The position numbers were made by a program, and so were the translations under genes. This document shows, in pieces, positions 38,101-52,600 of a DNA stretch of 64,000 bases (positions are counted from its first letter, which is position 1; every line of letters begins with the position of its first letter). This DNA is from Eledone cirrhosa (taxonomy: Eukaryota). The notes under the pieces were generated by a model. That model was not told the DNA's origin, did no database searches, and was given only the letters and a program-made list of their open reading frames with translations. The stretch covers positions 250,356,001-250,420,000 of the forward strand of contig OZ024741.1 in the NCBI GenBank assembly GCA_964016885.1, in the 5' to 3' direction.

Positions 38101-41100
38101 CAAAGGGAGATAATTTCCAGCCGTCCAAGGAGAGGTAAATTCTAGCCGTCCAAGGAGAGATAATTTCCAGCCGTCCAAGGGGAGATAATTTCCAGCCGTC
38201 CAAGGGGAGATAATTTTTTAAAAAAATCAGGCGCAGATAAGTTGTAAAAAAAAATCAGGGGCATATAATTTGTAAAAAAAAATCGGGGAGATAATTTGTA
38301 AAAAAAATCAAGGGGAGATAATTTCCAGCCGTCCAAGGGAAGATAATTTCCAGCCCTCCAAGGGGCTATAATTTCCAGCGTCCAAGGGGAGATAATTTCC
38401 AGCCAGCGAAGGGGAGATAATTTTTTTTAAAAATCACTGGGAGATTTGTAAAAAAAATCAGGGGGAGATAATTTGTAAAAAACTCAAGGGGTGATAATTT
38501 CCAGCCGTCCAAAGAGAGATAATTTCTAGCCGTCCAAGGGGAGATAATTTCCAGCCAAGGGGAGATAATTTCCAGCCGTCCAAGGGGAGATAATTTCCCG
38601 CCAGCCAAGGGAAGATAATATTTAAAAAAATCAGGCGGAGATAATTTGTAAAAAAAATCAGGGGGAGATAATTTGTAAAAAAATCAGGGGGAGATAATTT
38701 GTAAAAAAAAAATCAGGGGGAGATAATTTGTAAAAAAAATCAGGGGTAGATAATTTGTAAAAAAAAATCAGGGGGAGATAATTTGTAAAAAAACATCAGG
38801 GGGAGATAATTTGTAAAAAAATCAGGGGTAGATAATTTCCAGCCGTCCAAGGGGAGATAATTTTCAGCCGTCCAAGGAGAGGTAAATTCTAGCCGTCCAA
38901 GGAGAGATAATTTCCAGCCAGCCAAGGGGAGATAATTTGTAAAAAAATCAGGGGGAGATAATTTGTAAAAAAAAAATCAGGGGGAGATAATTTGTAAAAA
39001 AAAATCAGGGGGAGATAATTTGTAAAAAAAATCAAGGGGAGATAATTTCCAGCCGTCCAAGGGGAGATAATTTTCAGCCGTCCAAGGAGAGGTAAATTCT
39101 AGCCGTCCAAGGAGAGATAATTTCCAGGCGTCCAAGGGGAGATAATTTCCAGCCGTCCAAGGGGAGATAATTTTTTTTAAAAAATCAGGCGCAGATAAGT
39201 TTTAAAAAAAAATCAGGGGGAGATAATTTGTAAAAAAAATCAGGAGGAGATAATTTGTAAAAAAATCAGGGGGAGATAATTTGTAAAAAAAAAAAATCAG
39301 GGGGAGATAATTTGTAAAAAAAATCAGGGGTAGATAATTTGTAAAAAAAAATCAGGGGGAGATAATTTGTAAAAAAACATCAGGGGGAGATAATTTGTAA
39401 AAAAAATCAGGGGTAGATAATTTCCAGCCGTCCAAGGGGAGATAATTTTCAGCCGTCCAAGGAGAGGTAAATTCTAGCCGTCCAAGGAGAGATAATTTCC
39501 AGCCGTCCAAGGGGAGATAATTTCCAGCCGTCCAAGGGGAGATAATTTTTTAAAAAAATCAGGCGCAGATAAGTTGTAAAAAAAATCAGGGTCAGATAAT
39601 TTGTAAAAAAAAATCAGGGGGAGATAATTTGTAAAAAACTCAAGGGGTGATAATTTCCAGCCGTCCAAAGAGAGATAATTTCTAGCCGTCCAAGGGGAGA
39701 TAATTTCCAGCCAAGGGGAGATAATTTCCAGCCTTCCAAGGGGAGATAATCTTTTAAAAAATCAGGTGGAGATAATTTGTAAAAAAAATCAGTGGAAGAT
39801 AATTTGTAAAAAGAAAATCAAGGGCAGATAATTTCCAGCCGTCCAAGGGGAGATAATTTCCCGCCAGCCAAGGGAAGATAATATTTAAAAAAATCAGGCG
39901 GAGATAATTTGTAAAAAAAATCAGGGGGAGATAATTTGTAAAAAAATCAGGGGGAGATAATTTGTAAAAAAAAAATCAGGGGGAGATAATTTGTAAAAAA
40001 AATCAGGGGTAGATAATTTGTAAAAAAAAATCAGGGGGAGATAATTTGTAAAAAAAATCAGGGGGAGATAATTTGTAAAAAAAATCAGGGGTAGATAATT
40101 TCCAGCCGTCCAAGGGGAGATAATTTTCATCCTTCCAAGGGGAGATAATTTCCCGCCGTCCAAGGGGAGATAATTTCCCGCCAGCCAAGGAGAGATAATA
40201 TTTAAAAAAATCAGGCGGGGATAATTTGTAAAAAAAATCAGGGGGAGATAATTTGTAAAAAAATCAGGGGGAGATAATTTGTAAAAAAAAAATCAGGGGG
40301 AGATAATTTTAAAAAAAATAAGGGGGAGATAATTTGTAAAAAAAAATCAGGGGTAGATAATTTGTAAAAAAAATCAGGGGGAGATAATTTGTAAAAAAAA
40401 AATCAGGGGGAGATAATTTGTAAAAAAATCAAGGGGAGAAAATTTCCAGTCGTCCAAGGGGAGATAATTTTCAGCCGTCCAAGGAGAGGTAATTTCTAGC
40501 CGTCCAAGGGGAGATAATTTCCAGCCGTCCAAGGGGAGATAATTTTTAAAAAAAAATCAGGCGGAGATAATTTGTAAACAAAAATCAGGGGGAGATAATT
40601 TGTAAAAAAAAATCAGGGGGAGATAATTTGTAAAAAAAAATCAGGGGGAGATAATTTGTAAAAAAAATCAAGGGGAGATAATTTCCAGCCATCCAAGGGG
40701 AGGTAATATCTAGCCATCCAAGGGGAGATAATTTCCAGCCGTCCAAGGGGAGATAATTTCCAGCCGTCCAAGGGGAGATAATATCCAGCAGTCCAAGGAG
40801 ACATATTTTCCAGCCGTCCAAGGAGAGGTAATTTCTAGCCGTCCAAGAGGAGATAAGTTCCAGCCTCCAAGGGGAGATAATTTCCAGCCAGCCAAGGGGA
40901 GATAATTTGTAAAAAAATCAGGGGGAGATAATTTGTAAAAAAAAATCAGGGGGAGATAATTTGTAAAAAAAAATCAGGGGGAGATAATTTGTAAAAAAAA
41001 ATCAGGGGGAGATAATTTGTAAAAAAAAATCAAGCGGAGATAATTTCCAGCCGTCCAAGGGGAGATAATTTTCAGCCGTCCAAGGAGAGGTAAATTCTAG

Positions 41101-44100
41101 CCGTCCAAGGAGAGATAATTTCCAGCCGTCCAAGGGGAGATAATTTCCAGCGTCCAAGGGGAGATAATTTCCAGCCAGCGAAGGGGAGATAATTTTTTTT
41201 TAAAATCACTGGGAGATTTGTAAAAAAAATCAGGGGGAGATAATTTGTAAAAAACTCAAGGGGTGATAATTTCCAGCCGTCCAAAGAGAGATAATTTCTA
41301 GCCGTCCAAAGGGAGATAATTTCCAGCCAAGGGGAGATAATTTCCAGCCGTCCAAGGGGAGATAATTTCCCGCCAGCCAAGGGAAGATAATATTTAAAAA
41401 AATCAGGCGGAGATAATTTGTAAAAAAATCAGGGGGAGATAATTTGTAAAAAAATCAGGGGGAGATAATTTGTAAAAAAAAATCAGGGGGAGATAATTTG
41501 TAAAAAAAATCAGGGGTAGATAATTTGTAAAAAAAAATCAGGGGGAGATAATTTGTAAAAAAACATCAGGGGGAGATAATTTGTAAAAAAAATCAGGGGT
41601 AGATAATTTCCAGCCGTCCAAGGGGAGATAATTTTCAGCCGTCCAAGGAGAGGTAAATTCTAGCCGTCCAAGGAGAGATAATTCCAGCCGTCCAAGGGGA
41701 GATAATTTCCAGCCGTCCAAGGGGAGATAATTTTATAAAAAAAATCAGGCGCAGATAAGTTGTAAAAAAAATCAGGGTCAGATAATTTGTAAAAAAAAAT
41801 CAGGGGGAGATAATTTGTAAAAAAAATCAAGGGGAGATAATTTCCAGCCGTCCAAGGGAAGATAATTTCCAGCCCTCCAAGGGGCTATAATTTCCAGCGT
41901 CCAAGGGGAGATAATTTCCAGCCAGCGAAGGGGAGATAATTTTTTTAAAAAATCACTGGGAGATTTGTAAAAAAAATCAGGGGGAGATAATTTGTAAAAA
42001 ACTCAAGGGGTGATAATTTCCAGCCGTCCAAAGAGAGATAATTTCTAGCCGTCCAAGGGGAGATAATTTCCAGCCAAGGGGAGATAATTTCCAGCCTTCC
42101 AAGGGGAGATAATTTTTTAAAAAATCAGGTGGAGATAATTTGTAAAAAAAATCAGTGGAAGATAATTTGTAAAAAGAAAATCAAGGGCAGATAATTTCCA
42201 GCCGTCCAAGGGGAGATAATTTCCCGCCAGCCAAGGGAAGATAATATTTAAAAAAATCAGGCGGAGATAATTTGTAAAAAAAATCAGGGGGAGATAATTT
42301 GTAAAAAAATCAGGGGGAGATAATTTGTAAAAAAAAAATCAGGGGGAGATAATTTGTAAAAAAAAATCAGGGGGAGATAATTTGTAAAAAAAATCAGGGG
42401 TAGATAATTTGTAAAAAAAAATCAGGGGGAGATAATTTGTAAAAAAAATCATGGGGAGATAATTTGTAAAAAAAATCAGGGGTAGATAATTTCCAGCCGT
42501 CCAAGGGGAGATAATTTCCATCCTTCCAAGGGGAGATAATTTCCAGCCGTCCAAGGGGAGATAATTTCCCGCCAGCCAAGGAGAGATAATATTTAAAAAA
42601 ATCAGGCGGGGATAATTTGTAAAAAAAATCAGGGGGAGATAATTTGTAAAAAAATCAGGGGGAGATAATTTGTAAAAAAAAATCAGGGGGAGATAATTTG
42701 TAAAAAAAAAATCAGGGGGAGATAATTTGTAAAAAAATCAAGGGGAGATAATTTCCAGCCGTCCAAGGGGAGATAATTTTCAGCCGTCCAAGGAGAGGTA
42801 ATTTCTAGCCGTCCAAGGGGAGATAATTTCCAGCCGTCCAAGGGGAGATAATTTAAAAAAAAAAATCAGGCGGAGTTAATTTGTAAACAAAAATCAGGGG
42901 GAGATAATTTGTAAAAAAAATCAGGGGGAGATAATTTGTAAAAAAAAATCAGGGGGAGATAATTTGTAAAAAAAATCAAGGGGAGATAATTTCCAGCCGT
43001 CCAAGGGGAGGTAATATCTAGCCATCCAAGGGGAGATAATTTCCAGCCGTCCAAGGGGAGATAATTTCCAGCCGTCCAAGGGCAGATAATATCCAGCCGT
43101 CCAAGGAGACATATTTTCCAGCCGTCCAAGGAGAGGTAATTTCTAGCCGTCCAAGGGTAGATAAGTTCCAGCCTCCAAGGGGAGATCATTTCCAGCCAGC
43201 CAAGGGGAGATAATTTGTAAAAAAATCAGGGGGAGATAATTTGTAAAAAAAAAATCAGGGGGAGATAATTTGTAAAAAAAAATCAGGGGGAGATAATTTG
43301 TAAAAAAAATCAAGGGGAGATAATTTCCAGCCGTCCAAGGGGAGATAATTTTCAGCCGTCCAAGGAGAGGTAAATTCTAGCCGTCCAAGGAGAGATAATT
43401 TCCAGGCGTCCAAGGGGAGATAATTTCCAGCCGTCCAAGGGGAGATAATTTTTTTAAAAAAATCAGGCGCAGATAAGTTTTAAAAAAAAATCAGGGGGAG
43501 ATAATTTGTAAAAAAAATCAGGGGGAGATAATTTGTAAAAAAATCAGGGGGAGATAATTTGTAAAAAAAAAATCAGGGGGAGATAATTTGTAAAAAAAAT
43601 CAGGGGTAGATAATTTGTAAAAAAAAAGCAGGGGGAGATAATTTGTAAAAAAACATCAGGGGGAGATAATTTGTAAAAAAAATCAGGGGTAGATAATTTC
43701 CAGCCGTCCAAGGGGAGATAATTTTCAGCCGTCCAAGGAGAGGTAAATTCTAGCCGTCCAAGGAGAGATAATTTCCAGCCGTCCAAGGGGAGATAATTTC
43801 CAGCCGTCCAAGGGGAGATAATTTTTTAAAAAAATCAGGCACAGATAAGTTGTAAAAAAAATCAGGGTCAGATAATTTGTAAAAAAAAATCAGGGGGAGA
43901 TAATTTGTAAAAAAAATCAAGGGGAGATAATTTCCAGCGTCCAAGGGGAGATAATTTCCAGCCAGCGAAGGGGAGATAATTTTTTTTAAAAAATCACTGG
44001 GAGATTTGTAAAAAAAATCAGGGGGAGATAATTTGTAAAAAACTCAAGGGGTGATAATTTCCAGCCGTCCAAAGAGAGATAATTTCTAGCCGTCCAAGGG

Positions 44101-46517
44101 GAGATAATTTCCAGCCAAGGGGAGATAATTTCCAGCCTTCCAAGGGGAGATAATCTTTTAAAAAATCAGGTGGAGATAATTTGTAAAAAAAATCAGTGGA
44201 AGATAATTTGTAAAAAGAAAATCAAGGGCAGATAATTTCCAGCCGTCCAAGGGGAGATAATTTCCCGCCAGCCAAGGGAAGATAATATTTAAAAAAATCA
44301 GGCGGAGATAATTTGTAAAAAAAATCAGGGGGAGATAATTTGTAAAAAAATCAGGGGGAGATAATTTGTAAAAAAAAAATCAGGGGGAGATAATTTGTAA
44401 AAAAAAATCAGGGGGAGATAATTTGTAAAAAAAATCAGGGGTAGATAATTTGTAAAAAAAAATCAGGGGGAGATAATTTGTAAAAAAAATCAGGGGGAGA
44501 TAATTTGTAAAAAAAAATCAGGGGTAGATAATTTCCAGCCGTCCAAGGGGAGATAATTTCCCGCCAGCCAAGGGAAGATAATATTTAAAAAAATCAGGGG
44601 GAGATAATTTGTAAAAAAAAATCAGGGGGAGATAATTTGTAAAAAAAATCAAGGGGAGATAATTTCCAGCCGTCCAAGGGGAGATAATTTTCAACCGTCC
44701 AAGGGGAGATAATTTCCCGCCAGCCAAGGGAAGATAATATTTAAAAAAATCAGGCGGAGATAATTTGTAAAAAAAATCAGGGGGAGATAATTTGTAAAAA
44801 AATCAGGGGGAGATAATTTGTAAAAAAAAATCAGGGGGAGATAATTTGTAAAAAAAATCAGGGGGAGATAATTTGTAAAAAAAATCAGGGGTAGATAATT
44901 TGTAAAAAAAAATCAGGGGGAGATAATTTGTAAAAAAAATCAGGGGGAGATAATTTGTAAAAAAAATCAGGGGTAGATAATTTCCAGCCGTCCAAGGGGA
45001 GATAATTTCCATCCTTCCAAGGGGAGATAATTTCCAGCCGTCCAAGGGGAGATAATTTCCCGCCAGCCAAGGAGAGATAATATTTAAAAAAATCAGGCGG
45101 AGATAATTTGTAAAAAAAATCAGGGGGAGATAATTTGTAAAAAAATCAGGGGGAGATAATTTGTAAAAAAAAAATCAGGGGGAGATAATTTGTATAAAAA
45201 ATCAGGGGGAGATAATTTGTAAAAAAAATCAGGGCTAGATAATTTGTAAAAAAAAATCAGGGGGAGATAATTTGTAAAAAAAATCAGGGGGAGATAATTT
45301 GTAAAAAAATCAGGGGGAGATAATTTGTAAAAAAAAAATCAGGGGGAGATAATTTGTAAAAAAAATCAGGGGGAGATAATTTGTAAAAAAAAATCAGGGG
45401 TAGATAATTTGTAAAAAAAAATCAGGGGGAGATAATTTGTAAAAAAAAAATCAGGGGGAGATAATTTGTAAAAAAATCAAGGGGAGATAATTTCCAGCCG
45501 TCCAAGGGGAGATAATTTTCAGCCGTCCAAGGAGAGGTAATTTCTAGCCGTCCAAGGGGAGATAATTTCCAGCCGTCCAAGGGGAGATAATTTTTTAAAA
45601 AAAATCAGGCGGAGATAATTTGTAAACAAAAATCAGGGGGAGATAATTTGTAAAAAAAAATCAGGGGGAGATAATTTGTAAAAAAAAATCAGGGAGATAA
45701 TTTGTAAAAAAAATCAAGGGGAGATAATTTCCAGCCGTCCAAGGGGAGGTAATATCTAGCCATCCAAGGGGAGATAATTTCCAGCCGTCCAAGGGGAGAT
45801 AATTTCCAGCCGTCCAAGGGGAGATAATTTCCCGCCAGCCAAGGAGAGATAATATTTAAAAAAATCAGGCAGAGATAATTTGTAAAAAAAATCAGGGGGA
45901 GATAATTTGTAAAAAAATCAGGGGGAGATAATTTGTAAAAAAAAAATCAGGGGGAGATAATTTGTAAAAAAAATCAGGGGGAGATAATTTGTAAAAAAAA
46001 TCAGGGGTAGATAATTTGTAAAAAAAAATCAGGGGGAGATAATTTGTAAAAAAAATCAGGGGGAGATAATTTGTAAAAAAAATCAGGGGTAGATAATTTC
46101 CAGCCGTCCAAGGGGAGATAATTTCCATCCTTCCAAGGGGAGATAATTTCCAGCCGTCCAAGGGGAGATAATTTCCCGCCAGCCAAGGAGAGATAATATT
46201 TAAAAAAATCAGGCGGAGATAATTTGTAAAAAACATCAGGGGGAGATAATTTGTAAAAAAATCAGGGGGAGATAATTTGTAAAAAAAAAATCAGGGGGAG
46301 ATAATTTGTAAAAAAAATCAGGGGGAGATAATTTGTAAAAAAAATCAGGGCTAGATAATTTGTAAAAAAAAATCAGGGGGAGATAATTTGTAAAAAAAAT
46401 CAGGGGGAGATAATTTGTAAAAAAAATCAGGGGTATATAATTTCCAGCCGTCCAAGGGGAGATAATTTCCATCCTTCCAAGGGGAGATAATTTCCAGCCG
46501 TCCAAGGGGAGATAATT
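26140..46517 (+). repeat. ~10.3-kb tandem duplication (copy 1 about 26140-36445, copy 2 about 36446-46517)
   Basis: Offsets of 10,306 (26537/36843, 28434/38740, 29168/39474), 10,178-10,177 (29743/39921, 32162/42339, 34341/44518) and 10,047 (35845/45892, 36189/46236). Shared variants include ATCATGGGG, GGCACAG, AAAGCAGG, GGAGTTAAT and TTGTATAAAA. Confidence 0.93.
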
Positions 46518-46652
46518 TACCGCCAGCCAAGGAGAGATAATATTTAAAAAAATCAGGCGGAGATAATTTGTAAAAAAAATCAGGGGAGATAATTTGTAAA
46601 AAAATCAGGGGGAGATAATTTGTAAAAAAAAAATCAGGGGGAGATAATTTGT

Positions 46653-49600
46653 AAAAAAAATCAGGGGGAGATAATTTGTAAAAAAAAATCAGGGGTAGAT
46701 AATTTGTAAAAAAAAATCAGGGGGAGATAATTTGTAAAAAAAAAATCGGGGAGATAATTTGTAAAAAAATCAAGGGGAGATAATTTCCAGCCGTCCAAGG
46801 GGAGATAATTTTCAGCCGTCCAAGGAGAGGTAATTTCTAGCCGTCCAAGGGGAGATAATTTCCAGCCGTCCAAGGGGAGATAATTTTTTAAAAAAAATCA
46901 GGCGGAGATAATTTGTAAACAAAAATCAGGGGGAGATAATTTGTAAAAAAAAATCAGGGGGAGATAATTTGTAAAAAAAAATCAGGGAGATAATTTGTAA
47001 AAAAAATCAAGGGGAGATAATTTCCAGCCGTCCAAGGGGAGGTAATATCTAGCCATCCAAGGGGAGATAATTTCCAGCCGTCCAAGGGGAGATAATTTCC
47101 AGCCGTCCAAGGGGAGATAATATCCAGCCGTCCAAGGAGACATATTTTCCAGCCGTCCAAGGAGAGGTAATTTCTAGCTGTCCAAGGGGAGATAAGTTCC
47201 AGCCTCCAAGGGGAGATAATTTCCAGCCAGCCAAGGGGAGATAATTTGTAAAAAAATCAGGGGGAGATAATTTGTAAAAAAAAATCAGGGGGAGATAATT
47301 TGTAAAAAAAAATCAGGGGGAGATAATTTGTAAAATAAATCAAGGGGAGATAATTTCCAGCCGTCCAAGGGGAGATAATTTTCAGCCGTCCAAGGAGAGG
47401 TAAATTCTAGCCGTCCAAGGAGAGATAATTTCCAGGCGTCCAAGGGGAGATAATTTCCAGCCAGGCAAGGGGAGATAATTTGTAAAAAAATCAGGGGTAG
47501 ATAATTTGTAAAAAAAAATCAGGGGGAGATAATTTGTAAAAAAAAATCAGGGGGAGATAATTTGTAAAAAAAATCAAGGGGAGATAATTTCCAGCCGTCC
47601 AAGGGAAGATAATTTTCAGCCGTCCAAGGAGAGGTAATTTCTAGCCGTCCAATGGGGAGATAAGTTCCAGCCTCCAAGGGGAGATAATTTCCAGCCAGCC
47701 AAGGGGAGATAATTTGAAAAAAAATCAGGGGTAGATAATTTGTAAAAAAAAATCAGGGGGAGATAATTTGTAAAAAAAATCAGGGGGAGATAATTTGTAA
47801 AAAAAATCAGGGGTAGATAATTTCCAGCCGTCCAAGGGGAGATAATTTCCATCCTTCCAAGGGGAGATAATTTCCAGCCGTCCAAGGGGAGATAATTTCC
47901 CGCCAGCCAAGGAGAGATAATATTTAAAAAAATCAGGCGGAGATAATTTGTAAAAAAATCAGGTTGAGATAATTTGTAAAAAAATCAGGGGGAGATAATT
48001 TGTAAAAAAAAAATCAGGGGGAGATAATTTGTAAAAAAAATCAGAGGTAGATAATTTGTAAAAAAAAATCAGGGGAGATAATTTGTAAAAAAAAATCAGG
48101 GGGAGATAATTTGTAAAAAAAATCAGGGGGAGATAATTTGTAAAAAAATCAAGGGGAGATAATTTCCAGCCGTCCAAGGGGAGATAATTTTCAGCCGTCC
48201 AAGGAGAGGTAAATTCTAGCCGTCCAAGGAGAGATAATTTCCAGCCGTCCAAGGTGAGATAATTTCCAGCCGTCCAAGGGGAGATAATTTTTTTTAAAAA
48301 ATCAGGCGCAGATAAGTTGTAAAAAAAAATCAGGGGGAGATAATTTGTAAAAAAAAATCAGGGGGAGATAATTTGTAAAAAAAATCAAGGGGAGATAATT
48401 TCCAGCCGTCCAAGGGAAGATAATTTCCAGCCCTCCAAGGGGCTATAATTTCCAGCGTCCAAGGGGAGATAATTTCCAGCCAGGGTAGGGGAGATAATTT
48501 TTTTTAAAAAATCACTGGGAGATTTGTAAAAAAGTCAGGGGGAGATAATTTGTAAAAAACTCAAGGGGTGATAATTTCCAGCCGTCCAAAGAGAGATAAT
48601 TTCTAGCCGTCCAAGGGGAGATAATTTCCAGCCAAGGGGAGATAATTTCCTGCCTTCCAAGGGGAGATAATTTTTAAAAAAATCAGGTGGAGATAATTTG
48701 TAAAAAAAATCAGTGGAAGATAATTTGTAAAAAGAAAATCAAGGGCAGATAATTTCCAGCCGTCCAAGGGGAGATAATTTCCCGCCAGCCAAGGGAAGAT
48801 AATATTTAAAAAAATCAGGGGGAGATAATTTGTAAAAAAAAATCAGGGGGAGATAATTTGTAAAAAAAATCAAGGGGAGATAATTTCCAGCCGTCCAAGG
48901 GGAGATAATTTTCAACCGTCCAAGGGGAGATAATTTCCCGCCAGCCAAGGTAAGATAATATTTAAAAAAATCAGGCGGAGATAATTTGTAAAAAAAATCA
49001 GGGGGAGATAATTTGTAAAAAAATCAGGGGGAGATAATTTGTAAAAAAAAAATCAGGGGGAGATAATTTGTAAAAAAAATCAGGGGGAGATAATTTGTAA
49101 AAAAAATCAGGGCTAGATAATTTGTAAAAAAAAATCAGGGGGAGATAATTTGTAAAAAAAATCAGGGGGAGATAATTTGTAAAAAAAATCAGGGGTAGAT
49201 AATTTCCAGCCGTCCAAGGGGAGATAATTTCCATCCTTCCAAGGGGAGATAATTTCCAGCCGTCCAAGGGGAGATAATTTCCCGCCAGCCAAGGAGAGAT
49301 AATATTTAAAAAAATCAGGCGGAGATAATTTGTAAAAAAAATCAGGGGGAGATAATTTGTAAAAAAATCAGGGGGAGATAATTTGTAAAAAAAAAATCAG
49401 GGGGAGATAATTTGTAAAAAAAATCAGGGGGAGATAATTTGTAAAAAAAATCAGGGCTAGATAATTTGTAAAAAAAAATCAGGGGGAGATAATTTGTAAA
49501 AAAAATCAGGGGGAGATAATTTGTAAAAAAAATCAGGGGTAGATAATTTCCAGCCGTCCAAGGGGAGATAATTTCCATCCTTCCAAGGGGAGATAATTTC

Positions 49601-52600
49601 CAGCCGTCCAAGGGGAGATAATTTCCCGCCAGCCAAGGAGAGATAATATTTAAAAAAATCAGGCGGAGATAATTTGTAAAAAAAATCAGGGGGAGATAAT
49701 TTGTAAAAAAATCAGGGGGAGATAATTTGTAAAAAAAAAATCAGGGGGAGATAATTTGTAAAAAAAATCAGGGGGAGATAATTTGTAAAAAAAAATCAGG
49801 GGTAGATAATTTGTAAAAAAAAATCAGGGGGAGATAATTTGTAAAAAAAAAATCAGGGGGAGATAATTTCCAGCCGTCCAAGGGGAGGTAATATCTAGCC
49901 GTCCAAGGGGAGATAATTTCCAGCCGTCCAAGGGGAGATAATTTTTTAAAAAAAATCAGGCGGAGATAATTTGTAAACAAAAATCAGGGGGAGATAATTT
50001 GTAAAAAAAAATCAGGGGGAGATAATTTGTAAAAAAAAATCAGGGAGATAATTTGTAAAAAAAATCAAGGGGAGATAATTTCCAGCCGTCCAAGGGGAGG
50101 TAATATCTAGCCATCCAAGGGGAGATAATTTCCAGCCGTCCAAGGGGAGATAATATCCAGCCGTCCAAGGAGACATATTTTCCAGCCGTCCAAGGAGAGG
50201 TAATTTCTAGCCGTCCAAGGGGAGATAAGTTCCAGCCTCCAAGGGGAGATAATTTCCAGCCAGCCAAGGGGAGATAATTTGTAAAAAAATCAGGGGGAGA
50301 TAATTTGTAAAAAAAAATCAGGGGGAGATAATTTGTAAAAAAAAATCAGGGGGAGATAATTTGTAAAAAAAATCAAGGGGAGATAATTTCCAGCCGTCCA
50401 AGGGGAGATAATTTTCAGCCGTCCAAGGAGAGGTAAATTCTAGCCGTCCAAGGAGAGATAATTTCCAGGCGTCCAAGGGGAGATAATTTCCAGCCAGCCA
50501 AGGGGAGATAATTTGTAAAAAAATCAGGGGTAGATAATTTGTAAAAAAAAATCAGGGGGAGATAATTTGTAAAAAAAAATCAGGGGGAGATAATTTGTAA
50601 AAAAAAATCAAGGGGAGATAATTTCCAGCCGTCCAAGGGGAGATAATTTTCAGCCGTCCAAGGAGAGGTAAATTCTAGCCGTCCAAGGAGAGATAATTTC
50701 CAGGCGTCCAAGGGGAGATAATTTCCAGCCAGCCAAGGGGAGATAATTTGTAAAAAAATCAGGGGTAGATAATTTGTAAAAAAAAATCAGGGGGAGATAA
50801 TTTGTAAAAAAAAATCAGGGGGAGATAATTTGTAAAAAAAATCAAGGGGAGATAATTTCCAGCCGTCCAAGGGGAGATAATTTTCAGCCGTCCAAGGAGA
50901 GGTAATTTCTAGCCGTCCAAGGGGAGATAAGTTCCAGCCTCCAAGGGGAGATAATTTCCAGCCAGCCAAGGGGAGATAATTTGTAAAAAAATCAGGGGTA
51001 GATAATTTGTAAAAAAAAATCAGGGGGAGATAATTTGTAAAAAAAATCAGGGGGAGATAATTTGTAAAAAAAATCAGGGGTAGATAATTTCCAGCCGTCC
51101 AAGGGGAGATAATTTCCATCCTTCCAAGGGGAGATAATTTCCAGCCGTCCAAGGGGAGATAATTTCCCGCCAGCCAAGGAGAGATAATATTTAAAAAAAT
51201 CAGGCGGAGATAATTTGTAAAAATATCAGGTTGAGATAATTTGTAAAAAAATCAGGGGGAGATAATTTGTAAAAAAAAAATCAGGGGGAGATAATTTGTA
51301 AAAAAAATCAGGGGGAGATAATTTGTAAAAAAAAATCAGGGGTAGATAATTTGTAAAAAAAAATCAGGGGGAGATAATTTGTAAAAAAAAATCAGGGGGA
51401 GATAATTTGTAAAAAAATCAAGGGTAGATAATTTCTAGCCGTCCAAGGGGAGATAATTTTCAGCCGTCCAAGGAGAGGTAATTTCTAGCCGTCCAAGGGG
51501 AGATAATTTCCAGCCGTCCAAGGGGAGATAATTTTAAAAAAAAAATCAGGCGGAGATAATTTGTAAACAAAAATCAGTGGGAGATAATTTGTAAAAAAAA
51601 ATCAGGGGGAGATAATTTGTAAAAAAAAATCAGGGGGAGATAATTTGTAAAAAAAATCAAGGGGAGATAATTTCCAGCCATCCAAGGGGAGGTAATATCT
51701 AGCCATCCAAGGGGAGATAATTTCCAGCCGTCCAAGGGGAGATAATTTCCAGCCGTCCAAGGGGAGATAATATCCAGCAGTCCAAGGAGACATATTTTCC
51801 AGCCGTCCAAGGAGAGGTAATTTCTAGCCGTCCAAGAGGAGATAAGTTCCAGCCTCCAAGGGGAGATAATTTCCAGCCAGCCAAGGGGAGATAATTTGTA
51901 AAAAAATCAGGGGGAGATAATTTGTAAAAAAAAATCAGGGGGAGATAATTTGTAAAAAAAAATCAGGGGGAGATAATTTGTAAAAAAAAATCAGGGGGAG
52001 ATAATTTGTAAAAAAAAATCAAGCGGAGATAATTTCCAGCCGTCCAAAGGGAGATAATTTCCAGCCGTCCAAGGAGAGGTAAATTCTAGCCGTCCAAGGA
52101 GAGATAATTTCCAGCCGTCCAAGGGGAGATAATTTCCAGCCGTCCAAGGGGAGATAATTTTTTAAAAAAATCAGGCGCAGATAAGTTGTAAAAAAAAATC
52201 AGGGGCATATAATTTGTAAAAAAAAATCGGGGAGATAATTTGTAAAAAAAATCAAGGGGAGATAATTTCCAGCCGTCCAAGGGCAGATAATTTCCAGCCC
52301 TCCAAGGGGCTATAATTTCCAGCGTCCAAGGGGAGATAATTTCCAGCCAGCGAAGGGGAGATAATTTTTTTTAAAAATCACTGGGAGATTTGTAAAAAAA
52401 ATCAGGGGGAGATAATTTGTAAAAAACTCAAGGGGTGATAATTTCCAGCCGTCCAAAGAGAGATAATTTCTAGCCGTCCAAGGGGAGATAATTTCCAGCC
52501 AAGGGGAGATAATTTCCAGCCGTCCAAGGGGAGATAATTTCCCGCCAGCCAAGGGAAGATAATATTTAAAAAAATCAGGCGGAGATAATTTGTAAAAAAA

